Source: Deltaproteobacteria bacterium | Lineage (GTDB): Bacteria > Myxococcota_A > Polyangia > Fen-1088 | Length of the DNA: 64,000 bases | NCBI GenBank assembly: GCA_033763315.1 | Contig: JANRKS010000007.1 | Coordinates: forward strand, 224,001-288,000 | Direction of reading: 5' to 3' | Program-made: the position numbers and the translations under genes | Notes under the pieces: model-generated | What the model was told of the DNA's origin: nothing | What the model saw: only the letters and a program-made list of their open reading frames with translations | Database searches by the model: none | Shown here: positions 26,054 to 35,643 of the stretch, in pieces | Numbering within the stretch: position 1 is the stretch's first letter | How the letters are laid out: the number at the start of each line of letters is the position of its first letter

Positions 26054-28513
26054 ATGATTTTACTGCGGTTTCGGATTCGGGCGGCCACCCGGGGTCTTGC
26101 CCCTGTGGCAGCGCGAGCGTGCTTACTTTTCCTGCCCGGCCTCATGGCGGTTTTGTGGTGGCCTTCGTCACCGAAAGAAAGTGAACCCACAACACGGCCA
26201 AACCATTCCCCGCCGCCCCACGAAGTGAACGTGTGGGGCCAAGAAGGTGAAGGCCTGGCGATCAGCCGGGACGCGTGGCTGCACGCCGCCACCCGCGGGC
26301 CAACGCCGCCACCACCGGTACGCAAGGCCGCGGGACCGGCTGTGGGCGTTGGAAGTGGCTTCAAGATGGTGGGCAGCGTGGCCGTGCTTGAGGGTGATGA
26401 ACTCACGGCCACGCCCAGCGGCAGTGGGTTTGGCCTCGACAAAGACGACCTTGCCGAAGTGAGCCGCCGTTTCATCGCCGCGTTTGGCGACAACTACGAT
26501 CAGATCGCCGTTTTTTTGGGCTTCACCGATCGCTTGTCGCAACAGTCGCTGGCCTATCAGCAACCCGTGAAGAACAACATCAGGGGCCTGGGCTTGGGGC
26601 TGTTCGACGAGACGGCGAAATTCGGCTCATTGAGCGGCCGCATGGAATCGATGCTGAACATGAAACGCATCAACCTTTACGGACGTGACGCAGCCAACGA
26701 TCCCCAGAACGATCTTTACAGCGTGTGGGCTCAGGAGGCCGGGCACCGTTGGGCGATCTACTTTAAGTACCGGTTTGCCGGCGAAACGACCGATCGAAGC
26801 GATTTGTTGTTGCGGCAGAACGCGCACTGGGCGCCTTGGGTGCAATCTGACGGCTCGTTCCTTGATGGGCTCACGTGGCAAGACAACAAAGACGGAACGT
26901 TCAGCGTCGTTGATTTCAACAAACGGTACGGTGCGATGGATCAGTACGCGATGGGCTTGCGGCAACCGAACGAAGTGCCCGCCTTCTTCTTGTTGGACGA
27001 TTTCAAAGACGAAGCGGGGGCCGCCATCGCCCGCAACAGCCGATTCAACCGCGGCGTGAAATACAAGGCACGAAGAATCGACGTGACGGTGGAGGATGTG
27101 ATCCGTGCCATGGGCGCGCGCGACCCTGCCACAAGTCCGGCCGCTGAGGATCTGCGGATGGGCGTGGTGTTTCTCACGCCGCCCGGGCAAGGCCTGGCGC
27201 CCCTGATGGGCGAAGCGTTTCGAGTGGAGAGCACGCGTGCGCCTTGGGATGGCTTCTATAACGCTTCGGCGGGCGGGCGGGGGAAGGTGTGCACGGCGTT
27301 GCTGCACCCTTGTCGTGGCCCTGCGTTCGCGTTTGGTAAACCGAGCCTCAGCGCTGCGGGTCGCGTGCCGGGCGTGGCCGGGCCCGGCGACGCGCTGACC
27401 ATAAGCGTGCCGGTCACCAACGTTGGCACCGAAGCGGCCGTGGCGAATGTCAACGTGGGAGGTGCCAATCCATTCGTATTTGCGGCGACCACAGTGGCCA
27501 CGCCGCCGCTCGAGCCCGGAGCCACGGGCAGCGTTGTGCTGCAAACGCAGGTTCCCCAAAGTGTCGCGTGTGGGGTTGATTTCAAGCTCGATTTTCAGGC
27601 ACCAGGACGCCTCGGCCCTTCGTTGGGCAGCCAGCCTTTACAAGTTGGACTGCAGCCGGGGCCAGGCAGCACCTTGGAAGCGGCAGACACGCCGGCCCTT
27701 TGGCAGATCAACCCTGACGGCACAGACACAGCCGTACTTGGCATGTGGCAATGGGGCACGCCCGAGCCAACAAAAGCCTTTGATTTCGTGCTGCAGCCGG
27801 CGGGCGCTGTTTCGGGCACCAAGGCTTTTGTCACCGGTGCAGCGGCGGGAGACTCACCCGGCGCCAACGACGTGGATTTCGACGTCTTGCAACCCACGGT
27901 GGGCCGCACCACTTTGCAGTCCCCCAACTTCGCCTTGGCAGGTCTGACGAACCCGCGCTTGACGTACCAGCTGCACTTCGTGGCCGCCGGCTTTGAGAAA
28001 GAAGTTTTGGTTCCGGGCAACCAGGACGCTTTCTTTGTGCAAGCCTCGCTCGATGGCGGCCCATGGGTGGAAGTGGATCGCGTGCCCGCAACTTTGTTCT
28101 TGGGTTGGGAACAGCGGGTCGTGCCCTTGAGCGCGACCCTTCAAGCAGCCCTTGCGACGGCCGCGCAGATTCGATTTCGTTTCGTTGCGCAAGACAGCGA
28201 TCTTTCAGAAACCGTGGTTGAAGCCGCCATCGACGACGTTTTCTTGCTTGGTGAGTTGCCAGGTTGTGGAACGCTTGTGGCGGCACCTGACGCAGGCGTT
28301 GATGGCGGCGTGGTGTCGCCAAGCGACAACGGCTGCTCGTGCCGGCTTGGCCAACGCCGCCACACAAGCTCTGGCGCGTGGTTGAGCGCGTTGTTTGCGG
28401 CGTGTGCCTACGCCGTGAGACGCAAACCACGATCCTCAGCATCACGCGGCTTCGCGGAGCCTTCAATGCGCCTGCACAGGGCCTTCGCCAAGTTTATAAA
28501 GCGCTGCTCGTAA
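26054..28513 (+). CDS. Secreted protein with a degenerate zinc-metalloprotease-like motif and MYXO-CTERM sorting tail
   Basis: N-terminal hydrophobic segment, WAQEAGHRW...NAHW, Ig/jelly-roll region, then GCSC - spacer - TM - RRK. Confidence 0.7.
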   Translation: MILLRFRIRAATRGLAPVAARACLLFLPGLMAVLWWPSSPKESEPTTRPNHSPPPHEVNVWGQEGEGLAISRDAWLHAATRGPTPPPPVRKAAGPAVGVGSGFKMVGSVAVLEGDELTATPSGSGFGLDKDDLAEVSRRFIAAFGDNYDQIAVFLGFTDRLSQQSLAYQQPVKNNIRGLGLGLFDETAKFGSLSGRMESMLNMKRINLYGRDAANDPQNDLYSVWAQEAGHRWAIYFKYRFAGETTDRSDLLLRQNAHWAPWVQSDGSFLDGLTWQDNKDGTFSVVDFNKRYGAMDQYAMGLRQPNEVPAFFLLDDFKDEAGAAIARNSRFNRGVKYKARRIDVTVEDVIRAMGARDPATSPAAEDLRMGVVFLTPPGQGLAPLMGEAFRVESTRAPWDGFYNASAGGRGKVCTALLHPCRGPAFAFGKPSLSAAGRVPGVAGPGDALTISVPVTNVGTEAAVANVNVGGANPFVFAATTVATPPLEPGATGSVVLQTQVPQSVACGVDFKLDFQAPGRLGPSLGSQPLQVGLQPGPGSTLEAADTPALWQINPDGTDTAVLGMWQWGTPEPTKAFDFVLQPAGAVSGTKAFVTGAAAGDSPGANDVDFDVLQPTVGRTTLQSPNFALAGLTNPRLTYQLHFVAAGFEKEVLVPGNQDAFFVQASLDGGPWVEVDRVPATLFLGWEQRVVPLSATLQAALATAAQIRFRFVAQDSDLSETVVEAAIDDVFLLGELPGCGTLVAAPDAGVDGGVVSPSDNGCSCRLGQRRHTSSGAWLSALFAACAYAVRRKPRSSASRGFAEPSMRLHRAFAKFIKRCS

Positions 28514-29460
28514 TAGAAAGTAGACAAGTGAGCCAAACCAAAGGTGATCGCGAAACAAAGTATGCGCTTGAAATACTTGACGTAGGGTGACGCGCCTTCC
28601 CCGAGCCATCCATGCATGCTGAAGGGGTGAATCACATATAGGGCGTAACTGATGTGTGCCAGGTAGCGCAGCGGCCGAGCGGCGAGCACACGATAGCGGT
28701 CAGGGTTGAGCAACGTGTGCCCTACCAGCAGGCTTGCCGCGAAACCACGCAAGGCATGAACGCCAACAAAGCGTGGATGGCACGTGAATGCAAAGAACAC
28801 CACCACAGCCAAAGCCGGTACACGCGCGACGATGGCGCGCGCACGTTGACCAAACTTGCCCAAGAAAAGCATGGCAAGCACCGAGCCCGAAAGGATCTCG
28901 TCCACACGCAGGTGCGTATGAATGCGGCCACCGGTTCGGTCGGTGTACCACCGCGCCACCACCAACAGCGCCCAGATCACGGGAAGGGCGAGGAACCCCT
29001 TCCAGCGTGTGGCCCACATCAAAAGACCGATGAAGAGGTAAAAATGCACCTCCACGCAGAGACTCCAAAAGTGCGACAGGTCCGGCATGATGCCGCTTTC
29101 GATGTACGTCTGGGCAAATCCCAAAGTGACCAAGATCTGCGAAAAGGAGACGTCATTCAGCACAGCCGCAACCAAAACGGCCAGATAGGCCAGCGGCAAA
29201 ATGCGAAACAGTCGGCGCACAAAAAACGAAGTTAACTGGTGCCGCTGCTCAAGCTGACAAGTGATGAGAAATCCCGAAAGTGTGAAAAACAGGGCCATGC
29301 CCATGTAGCCGCTGCCTGCGTTGAGTTCCAGCCGCTTTGGTCCCAGGGGCAGCATGTGAGCCGCCAGCACAAGCACGATGCTGATCGCCCTCCAACCATC
29401 AAGAGCCGCGAAGCGTCCCGCAGGCACCTGCGTAAACTCCGGTTTGGTGTGGCCGACCAT
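28408..29460 (-). CDS. Acyltransferase-3 (OafA-like) membrane O-acyltransferase
   Basis: LDGWRAISI..V...H, FFTLSGFLI, RRLFRILP, WSLCVEVHFY, ISYALYVIH. Confidence 0.92.
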   Translation of the reverse strand: MVGHTKPEFTQVPAGRFAALDGWRAISIVLVLAAHMLPLGPKRLELNAGSGYMGMALFFTLSGFLITCQLEQRHQLTSFFVRRLFRILPLAYLAVLVAAVLNDVSFSQILVTLGFAQTYIESGIMPDLSHFWSLCVEVHFYLFIGLLMWATRWKGFLALPVIWALLVVARWYTDRTGGRIHTHLRVDEILSGSVLAMLFLGKFGQRARAIVARVPALAVVVFFAFTCHPRFVGVHALRGFAASLLVGHTLLNPDRYRVLAARPLRYLAHISYALYVIHPFSMHGWLGEGASPYVKYFKRILCFAITFGLAHLSTFYYEQRFINLAKALCRRIEGSAKPRDAEDRGLRLTA

Positions 29461-29612
29461 GCCGCTATAGTGACGCACGCCGCGGCGCTCACAAAGCAGA
29501 ACTTGCTTGGGTGGGCCTGGCAAGAGCTTGAGACAAGGTCCGTTGTCCGCTTTGGCCCGGGCTCAGTTGCTGGTGTGCGGTGGCCAAGTATATACCCCCA
29601 GCGGTTCTGACA

Positions 29613-30494
29613 ATGGCGCTCACTCTAATCACAACAGCGCTGGGCAACGTGGGCAAACACGTCGTTCGCGCGTGTCAGGAGCAAGGCCTCGCTTTGCGAT
29701 TGGCGGACCGCAAGCCGGCGGCTTGCAAAGCCAGGTACCCACAGCACGAAGCCGCGGCGCTGGATTTCACCGACCCTTCCACGTGGGAGCCCGCCGTGCG
29801 CGGTTGCGATCACGTGTTCCTGTTGCGGCCACCGCCGATCGGCGACATGGAACGAACGCTCAATCCATTCATCGAGGCGGCTTACGCGTCAGGCGTCAAA
29901 CACATTGTGTTTCTTTCGGTCGCGGGCGCGGATCGAATGAAGTGGGTGCCCCATCACAAGGTCGAACGAAAGCTCGCTGAATGCGGCAAAAGCTACACCT
30001 TGCTGCGTCCTGGGTTCTTCGCCCAAAACCTGCAGGACGCTTACCTGCGCGACATCAAGGAAGACAACCGCATCTACGTCCCCGCGGGCGGTGGAAAGAT
30101 CGCGTTTTTGGATGTCTACGACGTCGGCGATGTGGCAGCACGCGTGTTTAACGCACCGAACGCCTTTGTTGGTAAAGCGTTGCACCTAACCGGCCCCGAA
30201 GCCGTGACGTTCTTTGATGTGGCGCAGATGCTGTCCTCGCGTCTAGGGCGGGTGATCACCTACCGGCCCGCCAGCATCCCTGGCTATGCATGGCATCTGC
30301 GACGCAAACGCCGCATGCCATGGACGCAGATCCTGGTGCAAACAATCTTGCACGTGGGGTTGCGCCGCGGCGATGCCGAAATGGTGTCGCCCGTTGTGCA
30401 GGACATTTTGGGGCGAGCGCCACGGTCGCTTGGCACGTCGATCGATTCAGCGCTGGATTTGTGGAAGCCAACCGCTTCGCAACTTGCGCGCTAA
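29613..30494 (+). CDS. NmrA-like / atypical SDR NAD(P)H-binding protein
   Basis: TALGNVG, GVKHIVFLS, LRPGFFAQN, DVGDVAA, LTGPEA. Confidence 0.88.
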   Translation: MALTLITTALGNVGKHVVRACQEQGLALRLADRKPAACKARYPQHEAAALDFTDPSTWEPAVRGCDHVFLLRPPPIGDMERTLNPFIEAAYASGVKHIVFLSVAGADRMKWVPHHKVERKLAECGKSYTLLRPGFFAQNLQDAYLRDIKEDNRIYVPAGGGKIAFLDVYDVGDVAARVFNAPNAFVGKALHLTGPEAVTFFDVAQMLSSRLGRVITYRPASIPGYAWHLRRKRRMPWTQILVQTILHVGLRRGDAEMVSPVVQDILGRAPRSLGTSIDSALDLWKPTASQLAR

Positions 30495-30703
30495 GCCGTC
30501 GAGATCGCCCCCCCAAGGCCCAGACCTTCATCGAATCATTTCGACAGGTTAGCGAACTGCCTGCCAATTCAAAATCGCCCTTCAAGCAGCCATGGGTTTG
30601 GTCACACCTGCGTGACAACAGGGAATACCGGTCGGGTTGGCCGTCCATTCATCGCAAACAGCGGCTTGGGCCGCGATGTTGGATGAGGAAAAGGACGGAA
30701 ACC

Positions 30704-33100
30704 ATGACGACTCGATCCGGATGGAACAGGGATTGGACACGGGGTGCGGTGCTCTCTTTCGCGTTAAGTGCAGGGGCCTGCGCGGCGCACGAACCGCCCG
30801 CAAACAACGCAGCGGAGGTTCAATTGGCCATTCGCCAGGCCCCGGCAGACGCGGCCTGCTTGCGGGTGAGCGCGGTTGGTACGAAAAACGTGAGCCAAAC
30901 GATCGGCCTTAGCCCAGGGCAGAACACGGTGTTTTCGATGGGCAACCTGCCCACAGGCAGCGTGGTCTTCTCTGCAGAGGCCTTCGATCAACCCTGCGCC
31001 CTCAGCGACTTTTCTTCGCCGAGCTACGTCTCCGACCACGTGGCGTCTGTGCTGAAGCCAGGAAAAAATGGGCAGGTCGTTCTGACGATGGGTGCACGGG
31101 CGTCGGCTTCGGTGGCCGTCGAATTCCCGGGCGAAGAAAAAGGGCGCTGGGTCGGCATTGCTGGCGCACCAATCGGCACGCCTGCCGCCATCACCAGCGC
31201 TGCCTCGAACGACAGCGAGAGCGTGTTTGACATCGCCATCGCGGGCTACTTTCTAGAGGAGAAAACGGGACCGGATGGCGCGAAATACACGCGCATGTCG
31301 ATCCCCGGCCTTGGCACGTTTGGCCAGGTGGGTGCGCCCGACCTTCCTGTGGTACGGATGGATCTGGCCGTGCCAACTTCGGTGCGCGCCGTTTCGGCAT
31401 CGGCGGAAATTCTCGCGTCCGTTGAACTTCAAAACTTCGTGGCATGGCCCGCGCCACAGCCCGGTTCAGATCAGACGAATGCCGCACAGGAGTTGGGGTT
31501 CCCCGATCGGTTTAGCAAAGACGACAAAATCTACGCCGGCCAGCGTCCTTTCCCGGCCGACACTGTGGCGCCAGCACTCGTGAGTGCGAAGCTTGGCTCC
31601 ATTCGTGGCGCAAGCGTTGAAGTAAACCCAGCCGTATGGGATCCCACCACCAACACCCTCAAGCTGGCAACCCAGATGCGCGTGACCTTTGACCACAAAG
31701 GAACGTTCGACAACGACGCTCCCATCACGCAGGAGCGCAACCTTTCGGCCGCCGCCAAGTTTGCCAACTGGACCAGCATTTCACGCTTTATCAGCGTGAA
31801 CGCACTGTTCTTCGCAGGCGACTTCTTGTTCATTTATCCTCCAGGGTACCAAGACGAGATGGCGCCTTTGGTGAGCCAGAAGGCCGCGCGTGGTTTTGCT
31901 GTCACCGAGCGAACGTTGGCCGAAACGGGTGGCACATGTGCAAGCATTCGCGCCGCCATTGCCACATGGTACGCGTCTCGCTCAGCTGCGCGTGACAAGT
32001 TCGCCATTCTTGTAGGCGACACGGCGCAGATTCCTTTGTGCGCCGCCCCCACGGGAGCGCCCAGCGACGATCTTTACGGCGATGCCGATGGTGATGGCGT
32101 CAACGACCTTGACGAAGAGGTGTATGTGGGGCGGCTTTCGGTCAACAGCGAAGCCGACGCAGCAACCCAAGTGGACAAGATCTTGCGCTACGAAGATCAC
32201 GCGGAACTGTTCTTCAATTACGGGCGCACGTTGTTGGTTGCCCACAAAGAAGAGGCGCCCGGCAAATACGTGGGAGCGCATGAGTCCGTACGCACGGCGG
32301 CCTATACGGTGCCACCCACGTTCAGCACACTTTATGGCCACATCTCGGGCGTCAATGATGCGGACGTTACCAGTGCGATCAATGGTGGCATGGGCCTCGT
32401 GGCCTACCGCGGGCACGGCTCATCAAACGCATGGACGGGCTGGAACACAGCCAATGAATACTACGACACCAGCGACGTTTCGGCTTTGAACAATGCCTTG
32501 ACGCAAACCCCAGTGGTTTGGTCGTTTGCATGCAACAACGCCGAGTTGGATGTCAGCGATAGCATCGGCGAAGTGTGGATGGCCAACAGCAAGCGCGGCG
32601 TGGCTCACTATGGATCCACGATTCCCTCGGGGACCTATCAGAACCACGAACTTGATCGGCAGATGTTTCAAGCTGTGTTCACTGCAGGCTTGACCACGCA
32701 CGGCCGCGCCATTGAACGCGGCGAAGCACAGATGGCAGCGATCTCAGGCGCCAGTGGCAACGCATGGATGTACCTGCTGCTGGGCGATCCCGAAATGCGC
32801 TTGCGCCGCGGTCCGAAGATAAGCTTTACGATTCGGCTTCTCGAAGCACCCCGCTTGTGCCCGAACGGCAATTGCGGTTTGCCGGTATCCATTCTCGATG
32901 AAAAGGGTAACCCGGCCCCGAACGTGCTTGTCTCCGCCTATAAACCAGGCACACGGCTGCCCGAGGTGTTTGACAACCGGTATACCGATGAGAAAGGCAC
33001 CGCAATCTTGCCGGCCTCGATCGCAACGCCCGGCGCCGTCACCGTGAGCGTGCGCGATCTCGCTGGAAACGGCGACGCGCAAACCATCATTGTGCAATAA
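30704..33100 (+). CDS. C25 (gingipain-family) cysteine peptidase, lipoprotein
   Basis: Lipobox AGAC, propeptide-like GAPDLP, ILVGD, SDDLY, VGRLS, catalytic YRGHG and FACNN, LLGDP. Confidence 0.88.
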   Translation: MTTRSGWNRDWTRGAVLSFALSAGACAAHEPPANNAAEVQLAIRQAPADAACLRVSAVGTKNVSQTIGLSPGQNTVFSMGNLPTGSVVFSAEAFDQPCALSDFSSPSYVSDHVASVLKPGKNGQVVLTMGARASASVAVEFPGEEKGRWVGIAGAPIGTPAAITSAASNDSESVFDIAIAGYFLEEKTGPDGAKYTRMSIPGLGTFGQVGAPDLPVVRMDLAVPTSVRAVSASAEILASVELQNFVAWPAPQPGSDQTNAAQELGFPDRFSKDDKIYAGQRPFPADTVAPALVSAKLGSIRGASVEVNPAVWDPTTNTLKLATQMRVTFDHKGTFDNDAPITQERNLSAAAKFANWTSISRFISVNALFFAGDFLFIYPPGYQDEMAPLVSQKAARGFAVTERTLAETGGTCASIRAAIATWYASRSAARDKFAILVGDTAQIPLCAAPTGAPSDDLYGDADGDGVNDLDEEVYVGRLSVNSEADAATQVDKILRYEDHAELFFNYGRTLLVAHKEEAPGKYVGAHESVRTAAYTVPPTFSTLYGHISGVNDADVTSAINGGMGLVAYRGHGSSNAWTGWNTANEYYDTSDVSALNNALTQTPVVWSFACNNAELDVSDSIGEVWMANSKRGVAHYGSTIPSGTYQNHELDRQMFQAVFTAGLTTHGRAIERGEAQMAAISGASGNAWMYLLLGDPEMRLRRGPKISFTIRLLEAPRLCPNGNCGLPVSILDEKGNPAPNVLVSAYKPGTRLPEVFDNRYTDEKGTAILPASIATPGAVTVSVRDLAGNGDAQTIIVQ

Positions 33101-33121
33101 ACGTACGGCTGACGTTTAGGT

Positions 33122-33166
33122 AGAAGAAGCGTCTGGGGCATCGTCCCCGGCGCTTCTTCTTTTTTT
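33122..33166 (+). terminator. Rho-independent terminator
   Basis: AGAAGAAGCG..GGGGC-loop-GTCCCC..CGCTTCTTCT followed by a T-run, directly after the C25 stop codon. Confidence 0.85.
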
Positions 33167-33214
33167 GTGCGACCGATGTGCGGGCCGACACTCTTCTAAA
33201 GAGAGACCTATTTC

Positions 33215-34321
33215 ATGAAAAGCTTAAGCCGCACCACCCAGCCGTTCTTCTTTGCCGCCACCTGCGTCACTTTACTCACCCAAGGCACAGGGTGCCTGTT
33301 TGGAGGGGACGACGACGAGGAAGCTGATTTTGCGGCCATGAAGCCTCAAGATCCGCAGACGTTCAGCGCTGATTTTCAATCCAAGCCTTACGGCGCGGCC
33401 GCGTGCGATGCGCACGATGGAAAGCTACGAGGAAAGCGCGAGCTGCGCGTGTTCAAAACATCCGATTTTGACGCCACGGTCTTCACCCGCGGTCTCGCCA
33501 GCTACTATGCGCGGCACGATCTAACCTTCTACACGCAATACCCCTCGTTCGATCTAAAGATGCCGTACGTCATCGACACAGACGAAAGGCGCCTTGAAAG
33601 CTCGCTGCGCAGGAAATTCCCCAAGGTCAATTTTGACGCGGATGAGTTTGAGGGGACCGATGCCGAGTTGGCGCAGATCCAAGCCGCTGCCGCTGAATTC
33701 GTGATGAAGCCACTGCTAAACTTTGTTGAGAAGTACGGGCATCAAGATCCGGCCGTCACGAACGTGATCTTGACGGGCAAAGTTGCTTCCACAGACGCGC
33801 TCGAAGACAACGACGCCGTTTTGGCGGGGCTGTCGATCTCACCCGAGCTGCTCAAGACGTTGCGGGCCACCGGCGACGAAAGCGCGGCCATTTGGCAAGG
33901 CGTGCCGTTGCCCGCCACGTTCAACGCCATGGTGTTCGTCGACGCCAAGTTCCTGCAAAGCCTCCGGCGCCCCACGGTGGTTGATCTGGTGATCGCGCAT
34001 GAATTCGGCCACAGCGCAGGCTTGGTGCACGTAGAAGATGAATCCAACCTGATGACGCCGACAACCGGACCCAACAACGCCACCTGCGACCAATCATTGA
34101 CGGACGCCCAGTTGGCGACAATGGCCAAGACACTTCGCGTGGGTGATGCGCCCGTTGTGCAAGCGCTGCAAGCGGAAGCGAGTGAGGGTCCCGCGGTGGG
34201 CGTTCACAAAACCGTGCCAACGCAAGACCGGTGGCGGAAGGTGCGAAGCCAGTTGATCGGCGCACACGCGCGGCCCGCGGAATTTCTGCGTGACTTGTTG
34301 CACCCCCACGAGGGCGATTAG
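33215..34321 (+). CDS. Lipoprotein metzincin (matrixin/M10-like) metallopeptidase
   Basis: Lipobox GTGC, HEFGHSAGLVH (HExxHxxGxxH), followed by Met-turn NLM. Confidence 0.85.
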   Translation: MKSLSRTTQPFFFAATCVTLLTQGTGCLFGGDDDEEADFAAMKPQDPQTFSADFQSKPYGAAACDAHDGKLRGKRELRVFKTSDFDATVFTRGLASYYARHDLTFYTQYPSFDLKMPYVIDTDERRLESSLRRKFPKVNFDADEFEGTDAELAQIQAAAAEFVMKPLLNFVEKYGHQDPAVTNVILTGKVASTDALEDNDAVLAGLSISPELLKTLRATGDESAAIWQGVPLPATFNAMVFVDAKFLQSLRRPTVVDLVIAHEFGHSAGLVHVEDESNLMTPTTGPNNATCDQSLTDAQLATMAKTLRVGDAPVVQALQAEASEGPAVGVHKTVPTQDRWRKVRSQLIGAHARPAEFLRDLLHPHEGD

Positions 34322-34324
34322 CCC

Positions 34325-35557
34325 CTACTTCATCCGGTCACGCACAAAGCTTGCGTGGCCACGCAACCAGTTGTCGCCCCAGCCACCATTTGCCGGTGCC
34401 CCCGGCCGCAACAAGCAGCTCGCGTCCGGCTCGCAATCGTCAAGCTTCCACGCCGTCCAGCTCACGCCCGCGTTGTTCATCCAGTCGTGCCAGGTTTGCG
34501 CCTCTGGTAAACAAGTACGGCCGTCGAGGCCGCCATCGGCGTGGGTCGCCCCCCACTCGGTGACGAACACGGCCACGCCGCGGGAAATGGCGGCTTCACC
34601 ATACGTGCGAACCTCCGCACCGTGGCTGCACGAATAAAAGTGCAGTGTGTAAAGCAAATTGGTGCCGGCCACGGGGTTGCTGGCCGCTTGATCCACCCGC
34701 TGCGACCATTGCGGTGTGCCCAAAATGATCAGGTTGTCAGGATCTTTGGCGCGAATCGCGCCGACCACGGCTTCGTGGTACGGCTTCAACACGCTCGTCC
34801 AATCCACCTTCAAAGGCTCGTTGAAGGTTTCCCAAAGCACGTTGGGTTGGTTGCCGTACTTGGCTGCCATATCGCTGAAGAACGACAACGCCTGTTGTTT
34901 GTGATCTTGGGCGGCGTGATCGTGCCAGTCGACGATTACATAAAGGCCCACACTGATCGCAGCGTCGATCACGGCCTGCACATCCGCGCGCGCTTTGCCT
35001 TCGTTAGATAAGTACGCCCCCGCAGGCTCGATGCCCATCGAAGCACGTATCACTTTGACTTTCCAATTGTCCCGCATCCACTTAAGCGCGTCGGCGTTCT
35101 TGGCATAGCCACTGTTCTCCCAGTTGAGCCACATGCTGCTGATGCCTTTGAGCTGAACCGCGTTGCCGCGTTGGCTGCAGATCTTCGTGCCGCATACCTT
35201 TAGGCGGCCCCAATCCGCCACAGGTGAACCCGCGGGCGCCGTGATGCCATCCAGGGGCCCCGTGGAGATCATGCCCCCCGTGCCGGGTGCCCCACCTTGC
35301 GCGGGCGAGCCCCCCTGCCCCACAGAGCCACCCATGCCGCCACTTGCCGCGCTGGTGCCACCTGTGCCCAGCGCCGGCGAGCCACCCACACCGGAGCTCG
35401 CGCCGCCTTCGCCCACAGAGCCACCCTCACCAGCCGCTAGGCCGCCGGCGCCTCCACCACCCTCGTCGCTGGGGGGATCCGCCGCGCATGACGCCAGGCA
35501 GCCAACAACAACGACAATTTTAAAGAACAAGCGATGGTTTGAAGACGCGAACTGCAT
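34325..35557 (-). CDS. GH5 endoglucanase lipoprotein (GH5_2-like)
   Basis: Lipobox LASC, Gly-rich linker, QLKGISS, VIVDWH, FNEP (acid/base), LHFY, VTEWG (nucleophile). SD AGGAGG before ATG 35557. Confidence 0.92.
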   Translation of the reverse strand: MQFASSNHRLFFKIVVVVGCLASCAADPPSDEGGGGAGGLAAGEGGSVGEGGASSGVGGSPALGTGGTSAASGGMGGSVGQGGSPAQGGAPGTGGMISTGPLDGITAPAGSPVADWGRLKVCGTKICSQRGNAVQLKGISSMWLNWENSGYAKNADALKWMRDNWKVKVIRASMGIEPAGAYLSNEGKARADVQAVIDAAISVGLYVIVDWHDHAAQDHKQQALSFFSDMAAKYGNQPNVLWETFNEPLKVDWTSVLKPYHEAVVGAIRAKDPDNLIILGTPQWSQRVDQAASNPVAGTNLLYTLHFYSCSHGAEVRTYGEAAISRGVAVFVTEWGATHADGGLDGRTCLPEAQTWHDWMNNAGVSWTAWKLDDCEPDASCLLRPGAPANGGWGDNWLRGHASFVRDRMK

Positions 35558-35643
35558 AGGGCCTCCTAGAGCCAACGTTTCACCCTCGCAAAAGGGGAAC
35601 CGGGGCTATGGAAATGCCGCGTCCGGAACCCAAGACAGCGGAT

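Noticed and set aside
30290-30703. Long N-terminal extensions in the ORF track (C25 from 30290, ligA from 58214, DUF1592 from 54141, 25898 and 25963 starts)
   Set aside because: They overlap neighbours or promoters. Downstream starts have an SD or stop-start coupling and place signal peptides correctly.
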